Shown here in pieces: positions 21,273 to 30,696 of a stretch of DNA of 64,000 bases. Every line of letters starts with the position of its first letter. Positions within the stretch are counted from its first letter, which is position 1. The notes under the pieces are model-generated. The model saw only the letters and a list, made by a program, of their open reading frames with translations, made no database searches and had not been told where the DNA came from. The position numbers and the translations under genes were made by a program. The DNA is from Candidatus Eiseniibacteriota bacterium (lineage in GTDB: Bacteria; Eisenbacteria; RBG-16-71-46): assembly GCA_963744995.1 (NCBI GenBank), contig CAVUWA010000010.1, positions 672,001 to 736,000 of the forward strand, read 5' to 3'.

Positions 21273-22066
21273 TCGCCTCGCGCGCCACGCGCGCGCCGAT
21301 CCTGTGGCTCGCCGGACTCATGATGATCCTCGCCTGCGCAGTGCCCGCGCGGGCGCAGGACGAACCGGCCATTCCCGAACCGGTCGGCTACGTCAACGAC
21401 CACGCGAACCTGCTCGACGCGCATACGAAGGGCCAGCTCGAGGCGTTTCTCGATCAACTGCAGAGGAAGACCGGCGCCGAGTTCGCGATCCTCACGGTGC
21501 CGACGACGGCACCCCTCGACCCCAGTGAATACAAGGTGAAGGTCTTCGAGAAGTGGGGCCTGGGGCAGAAGGGCGAGGACAACGGGTTGCTGATGCTGGT
21601 CGCGATGCAGGAGCGCGAGGTGCGATTCGAAACCGGTTACGGACTCGAGGGCACGCTCCCCGACGGCATGCAGTCGAGAATCTTCCGCCGCGTCATGCAG
21701 CCGCGTTTCCGCGCAGGCGACTTCCCGGGCGGGATCGTCGCCGGGGTGCAGCAGTACGCGGCGCGCATCGCCGACGAGAAGGGCGTGACGGTGGAATGGG
21801 ACGGCCGCGAACTCCATTACACCGGCGGCCGCAGCGGTCGCGTACCGATCTGGGTGCCGCTGGTGATCTTCCTGATCGTGGCGAGCCTGCTCTCCCGCAT
21901 GCGCGGTGGGCCCGGCGGTCCGCGGCGGCGCTACCGCGGCGGCTACTGGGGCGGCGGCTTCGGCGGGTACGGCGGCGGCTTCGGCGGCCGCGGCGGCGGC
22001 GGCGGCTCGTTCGGCGGCTTCGGCGGCGGGGCGAGCGGCGGCGGCGGCGGCGGCGGCGGCTGGTAA
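21269..22066 (+). CDS. TPM domain (YgcG-like) protein with a Gly-rich tail
   Basis: YVNDHANLL, DNGLLMLVA, ETGYGLEGTLPD, GGGASGGGG; ATGA overlap with the upstream gene. Confidence 0.9.
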   Translation: MIASRATRAPILWLAGLMMILACAVPARAQDEPAIPEPVGYVNDHANLLDAHTKGQLEAFLDQLQRKTGAEFAILTVPTTAPLDPSEYKVKVFEKWGLGQKGEDNGLLMLVAMQEREVRFETGYGLEGTLPDGMQSRIFRRVMQPRFRAGDFPGGIVAGVQQYAARIADEKGVTVEWDGRELHYTGGRSGRVPIWVPLVIFLIVASLLSRMRGGPGGPRRRYRGGYWGGGFGGYGGGFGGRGGGGGSFGGFGGGASGGGGGGGGW

Positions 22067-22140
22067 ACGCGCCCGGCTGCGGGTTGCACAGCCGGCACGG
22101 ATGGGGCTCGACCTCCGCGCGCCGGCACCGCGCGCCAGGA

Positions 22141-22476
22141 TTACGCCGGCAGCATCCGGTAGAGGCCGGCGGCGAGCACGGCCAGCATCGCGACGTGATA
22201 GAGCACGTCGGGCACCGTTCTCGGTCCCACGCCCACGATCACCGTGAACAGGCCGATCGTCGTGCCGGCGAGCGCGAAGCCCTGCGCGGCGAGCTGCACG
22301 CTTCCGGCCTGTGCGGGAAGCACCCACGACAGCAGCGCGCCTGCGAGCAGCACGAGGCCGATCACGGTCTCGGCGATGCGCGCGCGGCGATGCGCGAAAC
22401 CGGCCACCACCCGGCCCGAGTGGACGACGGCCGCGACGGCGAACATCGCGGCTTCCACCAGCATCAGCGCCGTCAT
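22141..22476 (-). CDS. Small membrane protein
   Basis: About 4 hydrophobic segments; overlaps the upstream stop (ATGA). Confidence 0.7.
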   Translation of the reverse strand: MTALMLVEAAMFAVAAVVHSGRVVAGFAHRRARIAETVIGLVLLAGALLSWVLPAQAGSVQLAAQGFALAGTTIGLFTVIVGVGPRTVPDVLYHVAMLAVLAAGLYRMLPA

Positions 22477-22886
22477 TGGGCACCGTCCGCCGGCGCGCTC
22501 ACGTGCGGCGCCGCGGCGGCCCGCCGGCCGCCGATCAGACGGGCCGACAGCGCACCGCCCATCCCCATGCCCGCGACACCGACCAGCAGATGCATGACCC
22601 GGATGGTCCAGTGGTGCGACCCCGGCAGCAGCCCGAGCTGGGCATAGCCGAGCAGCGGAATCAGGACGCCCCAGAGCAGCGCCGTGATCACCAGCCCGCG
22701 CGGCGCGCCGGCGCGCGCCCCGAGGATGGCGAGCACCCACAGCAGGACGACGAACAGGAAACCGAGCCCCATGTGCAGCCCGACGAGCCCCCGGGCGTGG
22801 CCGGTCCACAGCGCGATGCCGAGCGCGAGGAGCGCAGCGCCGACGATCCCGAATCCGGCGCGCGCGATGACGATGACGGACTTCAA
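22473..22886 (-). CDS. Small 4-TM membrane protein with His residues in helices
   Basis: AAGGAGG RBS before TTG; GLHMGLG and VMHLLVG motifs. Confidence 0.75.
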   Translation of the reverse strand: MKSVIVIARAGFGIVGAALLALGIALWTGHARGLVGLHMGLGFLFVVLLWVLAILGARAGAPRGLVITALLWGVLIPLLGYAQLGLLPGSHHWTIRVMHLLVGVAGMGMGGALSARLIGGRRAAAAPHVSAPADGAQ

Positions 22887-22962
22887 CCCGTGGCCTCCTT
22901 TCCATCCGGCGGCCGATTCATCCGGCGGCCGATGGGGCGAATCTAGGAAATTGGTTTAAGTG

Positions 22963-22982
22963 AATCAATGATTTAATTGATT
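22963..22982. promoter_or_regulatory. Putative MarR operator
   Basis: Perfect AATCAAT-N6-ATTGATT palindrome in an AT-rich divergent spacer. Confidence 0.65.
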
Positions 22983-22999
22983 GGAATGTCCAGGGTGTC

Positions 23000-23028
23000 T
23001 TGACGTTCTTCGGTCGTCTCTCTAAGCT
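23000..23028 (+). promoter_or_regulatory. Sigma70-type promoter of a probably leaderless marR
   Basis: TTGACG-17bp-TAAGCT, 6 nt before GTG 23035; no RBS. Confidence 0.65.
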
Positions 23029-23034
23029 TCGTTC

Positions 23035-23493
23035 GTGCCAAGGACTTCCCGACCCGACCCGCTCGCGACGCAGGCCTGGCGGCTCCTGTTCGACTTCTTC
23101 ATCCGCACGAGCCCCGAGCGCGAAGCGATTCTGCGGCGCCACGGCCTGACGCCGAACGACACCCGCGCGCTCACGAGCCTCGACGTGCGCGAGGGCCGCA
23201 CCATGCGCTCGCTGGCCGAGGCGTGGGGATGTGACGCGTCCAACGCGACGTGGATCGTCGACCGCCTCGAAAAGAGGGGCTTCGCCGTGCGCAAGTCGCA
23301 CGCCACGGACCGCCGCGTGAAGCTGGTCGTGCTGACGCCCGCCGGTCTCAAGGCGCGCACCGACCTCGTCCGTGAAATGCACCAGCCGCCGCCGGAGATG
23401 CTCGCGCTCGACGACGCGACGCTGCGGCTCCTGATCGAGGGCCTCGGCCGCCTGACGCAGCGCGCCGGCGACCGCAGCGCCGCGCGGCGCTGA
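23035..23493 (+). CDS. MarR family transcriptional regulator
   Basis: GLTP, SNATWIVDRLEKRG and DRRVKLVVLTPAG motifs. Confidence 0.9.
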   Translation: MPRTSRPDPLATQAWRLLFDFFIRTSPEREAILRRHGLTPNDTRALTSLDVREGRTMRSLAEAWGCDASNATWIVDRLEKRGFAVRKSHATDRRVKLVVLTPAGLKARTDLVREMHQPPPEMLALDDATLRLLIEGLGRLTQRAGDRSAARR

Positions 23494-23621
23494 AACCGCC
23501 CCGGGGCGTCCGGCCCGGCGCGCGTGCACCCATTCATCGGTTCCGCTAACGTCGGCGGCCGGAGACATGCCATGCCACCGTCGGGCCGCCCGTGCGGCGC
23601 CCCGTTGAAAGGAGTCGCGCG

Positions 23622-24230
23622 ATGCGCAGAGGTCTGCTGATCACCCTGGCCGTCGTCGCCGTGCTGCTCGTCGGCGTGGGCGGCTGCGTCGTAGGCCAGT
23701 ACAACAACCTGGTGACCACGAAGGAAAGTGTGAACCAGCGCTGGGCGCAGGTGGACAACCAGCTGCAGCGCCGCAACGATCTGATCGGCAATCTGGTCGA
23801 GACCGTGAAGGGCACCGCGCTTCAGGAACAGGCCGTCTTCGGTCAGATCGCCGACGCGCGCGCGCGGATGTCGGGCGCCCGCACGCCGGCCGAAGCGATC
23901 CAGGCCGGTCGCGCCATGGACTCCGCGCTCGGCCGCCTGCTGGTCGTGGTGGAGAACTACCCGCAGCTCAAGAGCTCGGAGGCGTTCGTGCAGCTGATGG
24001 ACGAAATCGCCGGCACCGAGAACCGGCTCGCCACCGAGCGCGGCCGTTACAACCAGCAGGTGCAGACCTACAACACGCTCATCAAGCGCTTCCCCACGAA
24101 TCTCTACGCCGCTGCCTTCAATTTCGGCGAATCGCCCTACTACGAAATCCCCGACGAGGCGCGCCAGGTGCCGAAGGTGGACTTCGGCGGCATCCGCCAG
24201 GGCGAAAACGGCGGGACCACGGGCAAGTAG
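23622..24230 (+). CDS. lemA: LemA family protein
   Basis: QRRNDLIGNLVETVKG, VVENYPQLK and GTENRLATER motifs. Confidence 0.93.
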   Translation: MRRGLLITLAVVAVLLVGVGGCVVGQYNNLVTTKESVNQRWAQVDNQLQRRNDLIGNLVETVKGTALQEQAVFGQIADARARMSGARTPAEAIQAGRAMDSALGRLLVVVENYPQLKSSEAFVQLMDEIAGTENRLATERGRYNQQVQTYNTLIKRFPTNLYAAAFNFGESPYYEIPDEARQVPKVDFGGIRQGENGGTTGK

Positions 24231-24305
24231 CCGGCGATCGCGGGCAGGAATGCGGCCGGCATCCCGAGCGCGGGGTGCCGGCCGCGCGCGCGTCCCGCCC
24301 TGCGG

Positions 24306-25799
24306 CTACGCGTACTCGCGCAGCGCGCCGTTCAGCGCCTGCGCCGTCTCCGGATCGAGCGCTTCGGCCGCCTCGAGCCCCGCGGCCGTGAGGGCGTCAC
24401 CCGCCTCGACGCCGCGCTTGCGCTGCGCGGCGTAGCGCCGCGCCACGAACAGCAGCAGCGCCGCCCGCTGAACTTCGAGCGGCGCCTCGCCGCCCGCGGC
24501 CGGGCGTATCGCCAGGCGCTCGATCTCCAGCATTTCGGCGAGGCGCCCGGTCGGATCCTCCGCGACGTGGCGCTCGATCGCCGCCAGCGTCTCGAGGTCG
24601 GCGCCGGGCAGTCCGGCCTCGAGCGACCAGGCGAGCAGCTCGCGCTGCCGGGGCGGCAGCCACGTGGCGGCGGCAGCGCGCGTCACGATCTCGCGCGCCT
24701 CCTCCCGCCACGTCCGGTCGCGGGGATCGAGCAGCGGTTCTTCCTGCGGGTCGTGCCGTGCCGTGGCCGCGTGCGTGAGGGCCCGGACCAGCGCGCGCGT
24801 CGCCGCCGTCGCGCGCAGCGCACTGTGCACCGCACTCGCAGCGACGTCGCAGAGCGCGATCGTTTCGTCGACCTCGATCCGCTCGAGCGCGCGGCCGTCG
24901 TGCGGCTCTTCCGCGAGCAGCAGGCCGACGAGCCCCTCGGGCGTTTCGAGCGGGGCCAGCCACCCGAACCCGGCGGCGATCAGCGGGCCGATCTCGTCAC
25001 GCAGCTCGCGCAGGCCGTCGAGCTCGGTGCGTTTCACCAGCCGGTGGAGCCCGCGCACCACTTCCGCCATTCCGCCCGTGCGCGCGATGCGGATCGCGTG
25101 CAGGCGGTCGAAGCCGTCGCCGCGGATCGCACGCGGAACGAGCACGTCGTCGTTCCCGTCCGCGAGCAGCACGGCCACCGTGTCCAGACCCGTGCGAGTC
25201 TGCAGCGCCACCAGCAGCGTGCGGCAGACCTGGTCCACGTCGAGGGAGCGCTGCATCTCGCGCCCCGGACCGAGCACCGCGTCGCGCAGTCGCCGCTCCG
25301 ACTCCGCCGTCTCGTGTGCGCGCTGCCGGTCGCTGTTGGCGCGCTGCAGGTCGAGGCGCGTCTCCTCGGCTCGCTTCGTGAGGTCGCGGGTGTCCGCGGT
25401 GCGCGCGAGCAGACGCCGCATGCGCGCGATCAGCTCCTTCGGCGAGAACGGCTTCGGCATGAAGTCGTCGCAGCCGCACGCGAAGGCGCGCAGACGAGCC
25501 TCGGTCTCGGATGCGGCCGAGACCATGATGACCGGCAGATTCCCGTCGATCGGATCGCGGCGCACGATCTCGCAGACCTCGAGCCCGCTCTTCTTCGGCA
25601 GGCGCACGTCCATCACCAGCAGGTCGGGACGGCTCGCGGCGATCTGCCGGATCGCCTCGTCGCCGTCCGCGGCGGTGACCACCTTGAAACCATGAGCCTG
25701 GAACGCGATGTCGAGCAGCTCGAGCACGCGCCGGTCGTCGTCCACGACCAGCACGACGGGGGATTCGAGCGGCGGCGAGATCCGCCTGAGCACGCTCAT
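24306..25799 (-). CDS. Response regulator: REC, coiled coil, GAF-like domain and degenerate helical tail
   Basis: VLVVDDD, LLVMDVRLP and FMPKPF in REC; GAF-like WLAPL...VGLLL. Confidence 0.8.
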   Translation of the reverse strand: MSVLRRISPPLESPVVLVVDDDRRVLELLDIAFQAHGFKVVTAADGDEAIRQIAASRPDLLVMDVRLPKKSGLEVCEIVRRDPIDGNLPVIMVSAASETEARLRAFACGCDDFMPKPFSPKELIARMRRLLARTADTRDLTKRAEETRLDLQRANSDRQRAHETAESERRLRDAVLGPGREMQRSLDVDQVCRTLLVALQTRTGLDTVAVLLADGNDDVLVPRAIRGDGFDRLHAIRIARTGGMAEVVRGLHRLVKRTELDGLRELRDEIGPLIAAGFGWLAPLETPEGLVGLLLAEEPHDGRALERIEVDETIALCDVAASAVHSALRATAATRALVRALTHAATARHDPQEEPLLDPRDRTWREEAREIVTRAAAATWLPPRQRELLAWSLEAGLPGADLETLAAIERHVAEDPTGRLAEMLEIERLAIRPAAGGEAPLEVQRAALLLFVARRYAAQRKRGVEAGDALTAAGLEAAEALDPETAQALNGALREYA

Positions 25800-27637
25800 C
25801 GCGAACCCCGCGCGGGCAGCCCGGCATGTTCGAGCATGGCCGCCACCCCGGCCTGCGAGAACGGCTTGAGCAGCGTGCGGTGGATGCCGCCCGCTTCCGC
25901 CTGTTCGCGATCGCGCCAGTCCCGCACCAGCACCACCACCACCGCCGGCTCGGGGCGGTCGGTCTGCGACTCCGCGACCTCCCGCACCAGGGCGGGCCCG
26001 CGCGCGTCCGGCAGGTCGACGTCGACACACACCAGCGACCACGCCTCGCCGGACAGCGCCGCGCGCAGCTCCGCCGCGGTACCGACCGAATGCACGTTGT
26101 AGCCGTGCGTCTGCAGCAGGCGCATGAGAAAGATGCGCGCCATGAACGAATCCTCGGCGATCAGCGCGCGCATGCCGTGCCCCGGCCCGTCCGCGGCGGC
26201 GTGAACCGGGCCGGCCGCGGCGGGCGCGGCGCCCGCTCCCAGCCGGTGCGCGCCGGGGAATGCCGCGCGCGACGGCTTCCCGCGCGCGTCGGTTCCACCG
26301 GCGGGGGCATCGGGCGCCTGCGGGCGTTCCGGAGCGGCCGCTGCGGCGCGGGTCCCGGTGGCGGGCTGCGCGTCGCGCGCGGGCGCTGCCGGAGCCGGAG
26401 CGGAGTCGAGCGTGTTTCCCGGGGCGGCCGGGCCGGCGAGCGGCTCGACGCTGTCGGGCGTGAGCAGGGCCAGCCGCGGCGGCGCCTCCGCCTTCCCGGA
26501 GACGTCCGTGGCGGAGGGCGTCGCCGCCCTGCCGGCAGCCATGTCATCGGTCGCCACCGCGCCCACGGCGGCAGCGGCCGGCAGCGGCACATCGCGCATC
26601 AGCTTCGAGACGTCGATCACCCAGAAGATCTCGCCATCGTCGGCGCGCACCGCATGCGTCGCGCCGGCCGGCGTTTCGGACGCGCTCTCCGCCGGCTCGG
26701 CGGGCAGGCGCCACACGAGACGGTCGGCAGCGAGTGCGCCGCGGCGCAGCCCGAGTCCGACGGTCACGACCGGCCGGCCCTGCCGCGCGCCGGTCAACGG
26801 CTTGAGCGGCGCCAGCGGTGGCGCGGTCAGCGGTGCGGCCGCGGCGGTCTCGAGCTGAATCCGCAGCACGTTCGTCCATGGCAGCGCGAGGCGCAGGTCG
26901 TCCTGCAGAAGCATCAGGAATACGTCGCGCTCGGTCACCGCGGGCAGACGCAACACCCAGGCGTCGCGCGCGCCGGCCGGCGCCGGGAACAGCGCGCCGC
27001 CGACCCCGGCGATCACCTCGTGCGCGGGCAGCAGGCCTTCCGCATCGATCCCGCGACACTCCAGCTCCACGACCCCGGCGTCGGCCGAGACCCTGAGCGG
27101 CGCCCGCTGCGCCGCGTCGCCGAACAGCCAGTCGAGCGCGGCGCGCAGCACCGCCGCCACCGGTGCGGTCAGGCGGCTCTTCGCCGCCGTGGCCTCCGAC
27201 GCCTCGTCGGCGTAGCGGCCGCTGCCGAGCGTGCTCGCCAGCCCGATCACCGCATCGCGGCGCGCCGCGGGGGCGTCGTCCACGGCGTTCGCGGCCGCCG
27301 GCGCGCTCCACTCCACCCCTTCCAGGTGCGAGGCCAGCGCCGCCAGCTCATCGTCGACTTCGAAGAAGTGGTGCAGCGTGGATTCGGCGAGGGCGCGATC
27401 GCGTTCGCGGCCGAGCCGCTCGAGCGTGTGGCGCATCTCGGAAGAACCGGTCGCGCCCAGGTTCGCTTCGATCGCGGCGAGCAGCCGGTCGAGGCCGGGC
27501 AGCGCCAGCAGCTGCGCGACGTTGCGCGCCGCGTTGAGCGCCAGCTCGCCGGGCGCACCGGTGACGACCGGCGCGAGCGCCGCGCACAGGCCGCGCGACA
27601 TCTCGCGGTCCACCTGACGTCCCTCGCCGGCGCTCAA
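25796..27637 (-). CDS. Degenerate CheA-like protein with a CheW-like domain and C-terminal REC
   Basis: WVLRLP...LALPWTNV, VVTVGLGLRRGALAADRL; REC ALIAEDS...VDVDLPD...LLKPF. Confidence 0.6.
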   Translation of the reverse strand: MSAGEGRQVDREMSRGLCAALAPVVTGAPGELALNAARNVAQLLALPGLDRLLAAIEANLGATGSSEMRHTLERLGRERDRALAESTLHHFFEVDDELAALASHLEGVEWSAPAAANAVDDAPAARRDAVIGLASTLGSGRYADEASEATAAKSRLTAPVAAVLRAALDWLFGDAAQRAPLRVSADAGVVELECRGIDAEGLLPAHEVIAGVGGALFPAPAGARDAWVLRLPAVTERDVFLMLLQDDLRLALPWTNVLRIQLETAAAAPLTAPPLAPLKPLTGARQGRPVVTVGLGLRRGALAADRLVWRLPAEPAESASETPAGATHAVRADDGEIFWVIDVSKLMRDVPLPAAAAVGAVATDDMAAGRAATPSATDVSGKAEAPPRLALLTPDSVEPLAGPAAPGNTLDSAPAPAAPARDAQPATGTRAAAAAPERPQAPDAPAGGTDARGKPSRAAFPGAHRLGAGAAPAAAGPVHAAADGPGHGMRALIAEDSFMARIFLMRLLQTHGYNVHSVGTAAELRAALSGEAWSLVCVDVDLPDARGPALVREVAESQTDRPEPAVVVVLVRDWRDREQAEAGGIHRTLLKPFSQAGVAAMLEHAGLPARGSR

Positions 27638-29217
27638 GAGCGGTCCTTCCGCTCCGCGCGGCGCGTGCCGCCGGGCATCACGTCGTCGGGGCCGAGCAGC
27701 CGCAGCCGCCCTTCCACGGGCGGCACGGGATCAGGGTCTTCCGCGTCGGTGCGTTCCGGGTCTTCCGCCGAATCCGGCGTGGATGCGGGCTCCGGCTCCG
27801 CCGTGTCGTGCGCCCCGGCCGGCGACAGCCGGACCACGAGTCCTTCGAGCTCGCCCGTCGATTCCTCGAGGTGCCGCACCAGGCGCTCGGCCGCGCGCGA
27901 TGCGCTCTCGCCCGCGGACGACAACCGTTCGCCCTTCGCCGCCGCGTCCTGGATCATCTCGCGCATGCGGTCGAGCACGTGCGCGAAGTCGGCGTGCGCA
28001 GCGGCCGCCGGCGTCGCGCCGGACGCTGCGGGTTCGGGCACGCGGTCGAGCGCCTCGGCGACGCGCTCGCGCACGCCCTTCATGCGCTGCGCGGCACGCG
28101 CGACCTCGGTCTCGACGTCGCGGGTGAGCTCGGCCACGCGATCGGTGGAGCCGCGCACCTCGTTCGCCAGCGACTTGAGCTCGGCGAGTTCGGCCTCGCT
28201 CGAAACCCCCGGCCGCCCGCGCGCGACCATCACGTTCAGCGCCATGAGCGTGGCGCGGTTGCCGAGCGCCTGCACGTGCTCGCCCACGTCGCGCACGCGC
28301 ATGAGCCCGCTCGACAGATGGTGGATGCTTTCGCCCGAGGCCTGCACGAGCTCGCCCAGCGCCCGCGCCGCGGCAGTGCGCAGCGCCTCGTACGCGTCGC
28401 GGGCCCCGGCCGCGGGCGCTTCCGCACGCGGGCCGCGCTCGAGCTCGACCGCCAGGCGCTGCAGCTCGCGCGCCGTGGTGAGCAGCGCGGTCGCCTCGAC
28501 GAAGCCGCGCTCGGTCTGTTCCGCCGATACCCGAGCGTCTTCGAGCGAGCGCTCGATGTCCTGCTGGATCTGCCGCGCCGCCTCGCGATTCTGCTCGCGC
28601 ACTTCCTCGTGTCGACCGAGGCCCTCGTTGAGCAGGGTCGCCACCACGCCGAACGGACCGACCGGCGCTGGCAGCGGCGTCCAGCGCTCCGCATGCAGCC
28701 ACTGCTCGAGCGCGCCGCGCGACTCCTCGAGCTGCCGCTGCAGCCGGCTCAGCTCTTCGAACGCACGCGACATGCGCTGCTGGCGCACCAGCGCACGCTG
28801 CGCTTCTTCACCGAGCGCCGACAGCTCGCCCCAGCCGCTCGCCGCGGGCAGGTCGCGCAGGTCGGTGACCTGGCCGCTGCGGAACGCGGCGAGGTAGCCG
28901 CGCAGGGCGCCGCTGATGCCGTGGTCGAGCCACAGCGCCATCGCCATTCCGGCGAGCAGGCCGGCGAGCGCGATGATCGGCAGCCACACGCGGACGAGCT
29001 CGGGGTCGGCCGGCGCGGCGCCGGCGGCCGTCGTCAGGTACGCGATGGCCAGCCACATCCCGGCGGCAGCGACCAGCGCGCCGGCGAGACAGCCGAGCCA
29101 GATGCGCAGGCGCAGTCCCAGCCCGGACGGTTCGTTGGATTCGTCGTGACCCAGCGTCGTGCTCCTCGCGCGGAAAGTCGATTCGCCCGCGCCGGCCGGC
29201 GCGGCCACGGGGCGCAT
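27634..29217 (-). CDS. Degenerate methyl-accepting chemotaxis-like membrane protein
   Basis: Two TM segments, HAMP-like GELSALG, hairpin-like LGNRATLMALN...LANEVRGSTDRV; start uncertain. Confidence 0.6.
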   Translation of the reverse strand: MRPVAAPAGAGESTFRARSTTLGHDESNEPSGLGLRLRIWLGCLAGALVAAAGMWLAIAYLTTAAGAAPADPELVRVWLPIIALAGLLAGMAMALWLDHGISGALRGYLAAFRSGQVTDLRDLPAASGWGELSALGEEAQRALVRQQRMSRAFEELSRLQRQLEESRGALEQWLHAERWTPLPAPVGPFGVVATLLNEGLGRHEEVREQNREAARQIQQDIERSLEDARVSAEQTERGFVEATALLTTARELQRLAVELERGPRAEAPAAGARDAYEALRTAAARALGELVQASGESIHHLSSGLMRVRDVGEHVQALGNRATLMALNVMVARGRPGVSSEAELAELKSLANEVRGSTDRVAELTRDVETEVARAAQRMKGVRERVAEALDRVPEPAASGATPAAAAHADFAHVLDRMREMIQDAAAKGERLSSAGESASRAAERLVRHLEESTGELEGLVVRLSPAGAHDTAEPEPASTPDSAEDPERTDAEDPDPVPPVEGRLRLLGPDDVMPGGTRRAERKDRS

Positions 29218-29650
29218 GGCCCCTAACTGCCCGTCTCGCAAGTCATATGCCCGGCAACCACGGCCCGGGTGAAGCCCCGCTGCGGGACCGCGCACCGCGC
29301 GCGGTTGCCGCGGACCCGGACGCCGTTTCGCATTTCGCGATGCCGCTCGCGGCGCGCAACGTCACTCCATGTTGAAGTTCCGCCACCATCTGGACGATAC
29401 GAAGTGTCAAGCATCTTTAGTCTTTCGCAAACCCGTTGCGAGTTGCGCGACGCGCGAGCGGACCGGTCGGAGCACGACGTGAACCCGAACGGCCGATCGC
29501 GCCCCCGCCCCGCTCGCGGGCGAAAAGGCCCAGGGAATGCGCCAGACGCCACGAAGTAGATAGGACGGCGGCGGTTCCGATTTGACGCACGGAACCGTCA
29601 GCGCGTTCGAGCGGCGGTCTGTTCCGCGTGGGGCCGTGGCGAACCCCGCG

Positions 29651-29665
29651 TGGCATGGACGATGC
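29651..29665 (+). promoter_or_regulatory. Putative sigma54 promoter
   Basis: TGGCATGGACGATGC (GG-N10-GC), 80 bp before the ATG. Confidence 0.6.
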
Positions 29666-29745
29666 ACATTGGCCATGGCAGCGAGTCACGCACCACCCAA
29701 ACGGGCCCGCTTTCGGGGGCCGTCTTCGGCGAACAGGGGGTTCCG

Positions 29746-30507
29746 ATGAACCCGCGGCACTACGTGGATCTGAAGGATACGAGCAGGGATCTGCAGCCCA
29801 CGTACTACTTCATGATCAACTGCCTGCTGTACAGCCGGATGGAAACCGGCCTGGTGTCGAATCAGGACTATTACGACGAAGACGTCAACGTCTACCTGGC
29901 GCACCTGCTGCACTCGTTCATCAACCCCGAATACGTCGAGCAGTCGAAGAAGTTCCTGTCACGCTACGACACGGACGTCTTCCGCCGTCTCTCGACGTCC
30001 ACCGACGCGCGGCTCAAGTACCTGATCTACAAGACCAACGCCGACTTCCTGCTGATCTCGATCGGCATCTTCGACAACCCGGTCGGCCAGCAGGCCATGC
30101 GGCGCGCGGCGCCGAGCGAAGAGGCCTACATCGGCCGCGGCAAGACCTACTACCACTTCGCCTACTCGTACGCGCAGCAGATGCACCGCAAGAACCAGGG
30201 CGTGTCCGACGTGCTCGAGAAGCTGTCGGTCGGGTTCGAGAAGTACATCAAGATCCTTTCGCACATGCGCGGCGAGTACCTCGACCTCATGAAGCGCCTG
30301 TCGCACGGCGAGGTCTACCACCTGGAACGTTCGATCGACGAGCACTCGCAGCAGGAGATGCTGCGGCTCAAGCAGGACGAGCTGCTCGAACTCTACAGCG
30401 CCTGGAAGAAGCAGCCGAACGAAGAGACCGAAGAGAACATGGAGCGCGTGGTCAGCGAGATCCGCCAGATCAACCCTTCGTTCAAGTTCGAGTTGCCGAA
30501 GCCCTGA
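29746..30507 (+). CDS. Uncharacterised soluble helical protein
   Basis: Strong codon bias; DEDVNVYLAHLL, ADFLLISIGIF and YIGRGKTYY motifs. Confidence 0.85.
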   Translation: MNPRHYVDLKDTSRDLQPTYYFMINCLLYSRMETGLVSNQDYYDEDVNVYLAHLLHSFINPEYVEQSKKFLSRYDTDVFRRLSTSTDARLKYLIYKTNADFLLISIGIFDNPVGQQAMRRAAPSEEAYIGRGKTYYHFAYSYAQQMHRKNQGVSDVLEKLSVGFEKYIKILSHMRGEYLDLMKRLSHGEVYHLERSIDEHSQQEMLRLKQDELLELYSAWKKQPNEETEENMERVVSEIRQINPSFKFELPKP

Positions 30508-30583
30508 GCGTCGCGCCCGCCGCGCCGCGCGCGGCCCGCGTATCGAGCGTCTGCCGAGCGAACGTCCAGTCGCGGAGCGGACC

Positions 30584-30619
30584 GGCCCCGGTGTCCGAAG
30601 CGCCGGGGCCTCTTCATTT
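30584..30619 (+). terminator. Intrinsic terminator
   Basis: GGCCCCGGTG-7nt-CGCCGGGGCC followed by TCTTCATTT. Confidence 0.6.
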
Positions 30620-30696
30620 CCGCCCGGCCTCCGTCGTCGCGCGAGCGCGGGGCGTGCCGGAACGCGCCATGCGCCGCGGCCGCGTGGTCGCGGGCG

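Noticed and set aside
21945..22062. (GGC)n microsatellite
   Set aside because: It encodes the normal Gly-rich tail of TPM-domain proteins.
25826..28897. 1023-aa plus-strand ORF and other long antisense ORFs (42242-44680, 61424-63922)
   Set aside because: They are shadow ORFs typical of high-GC DNA, opposite genes with recognisable motifs.
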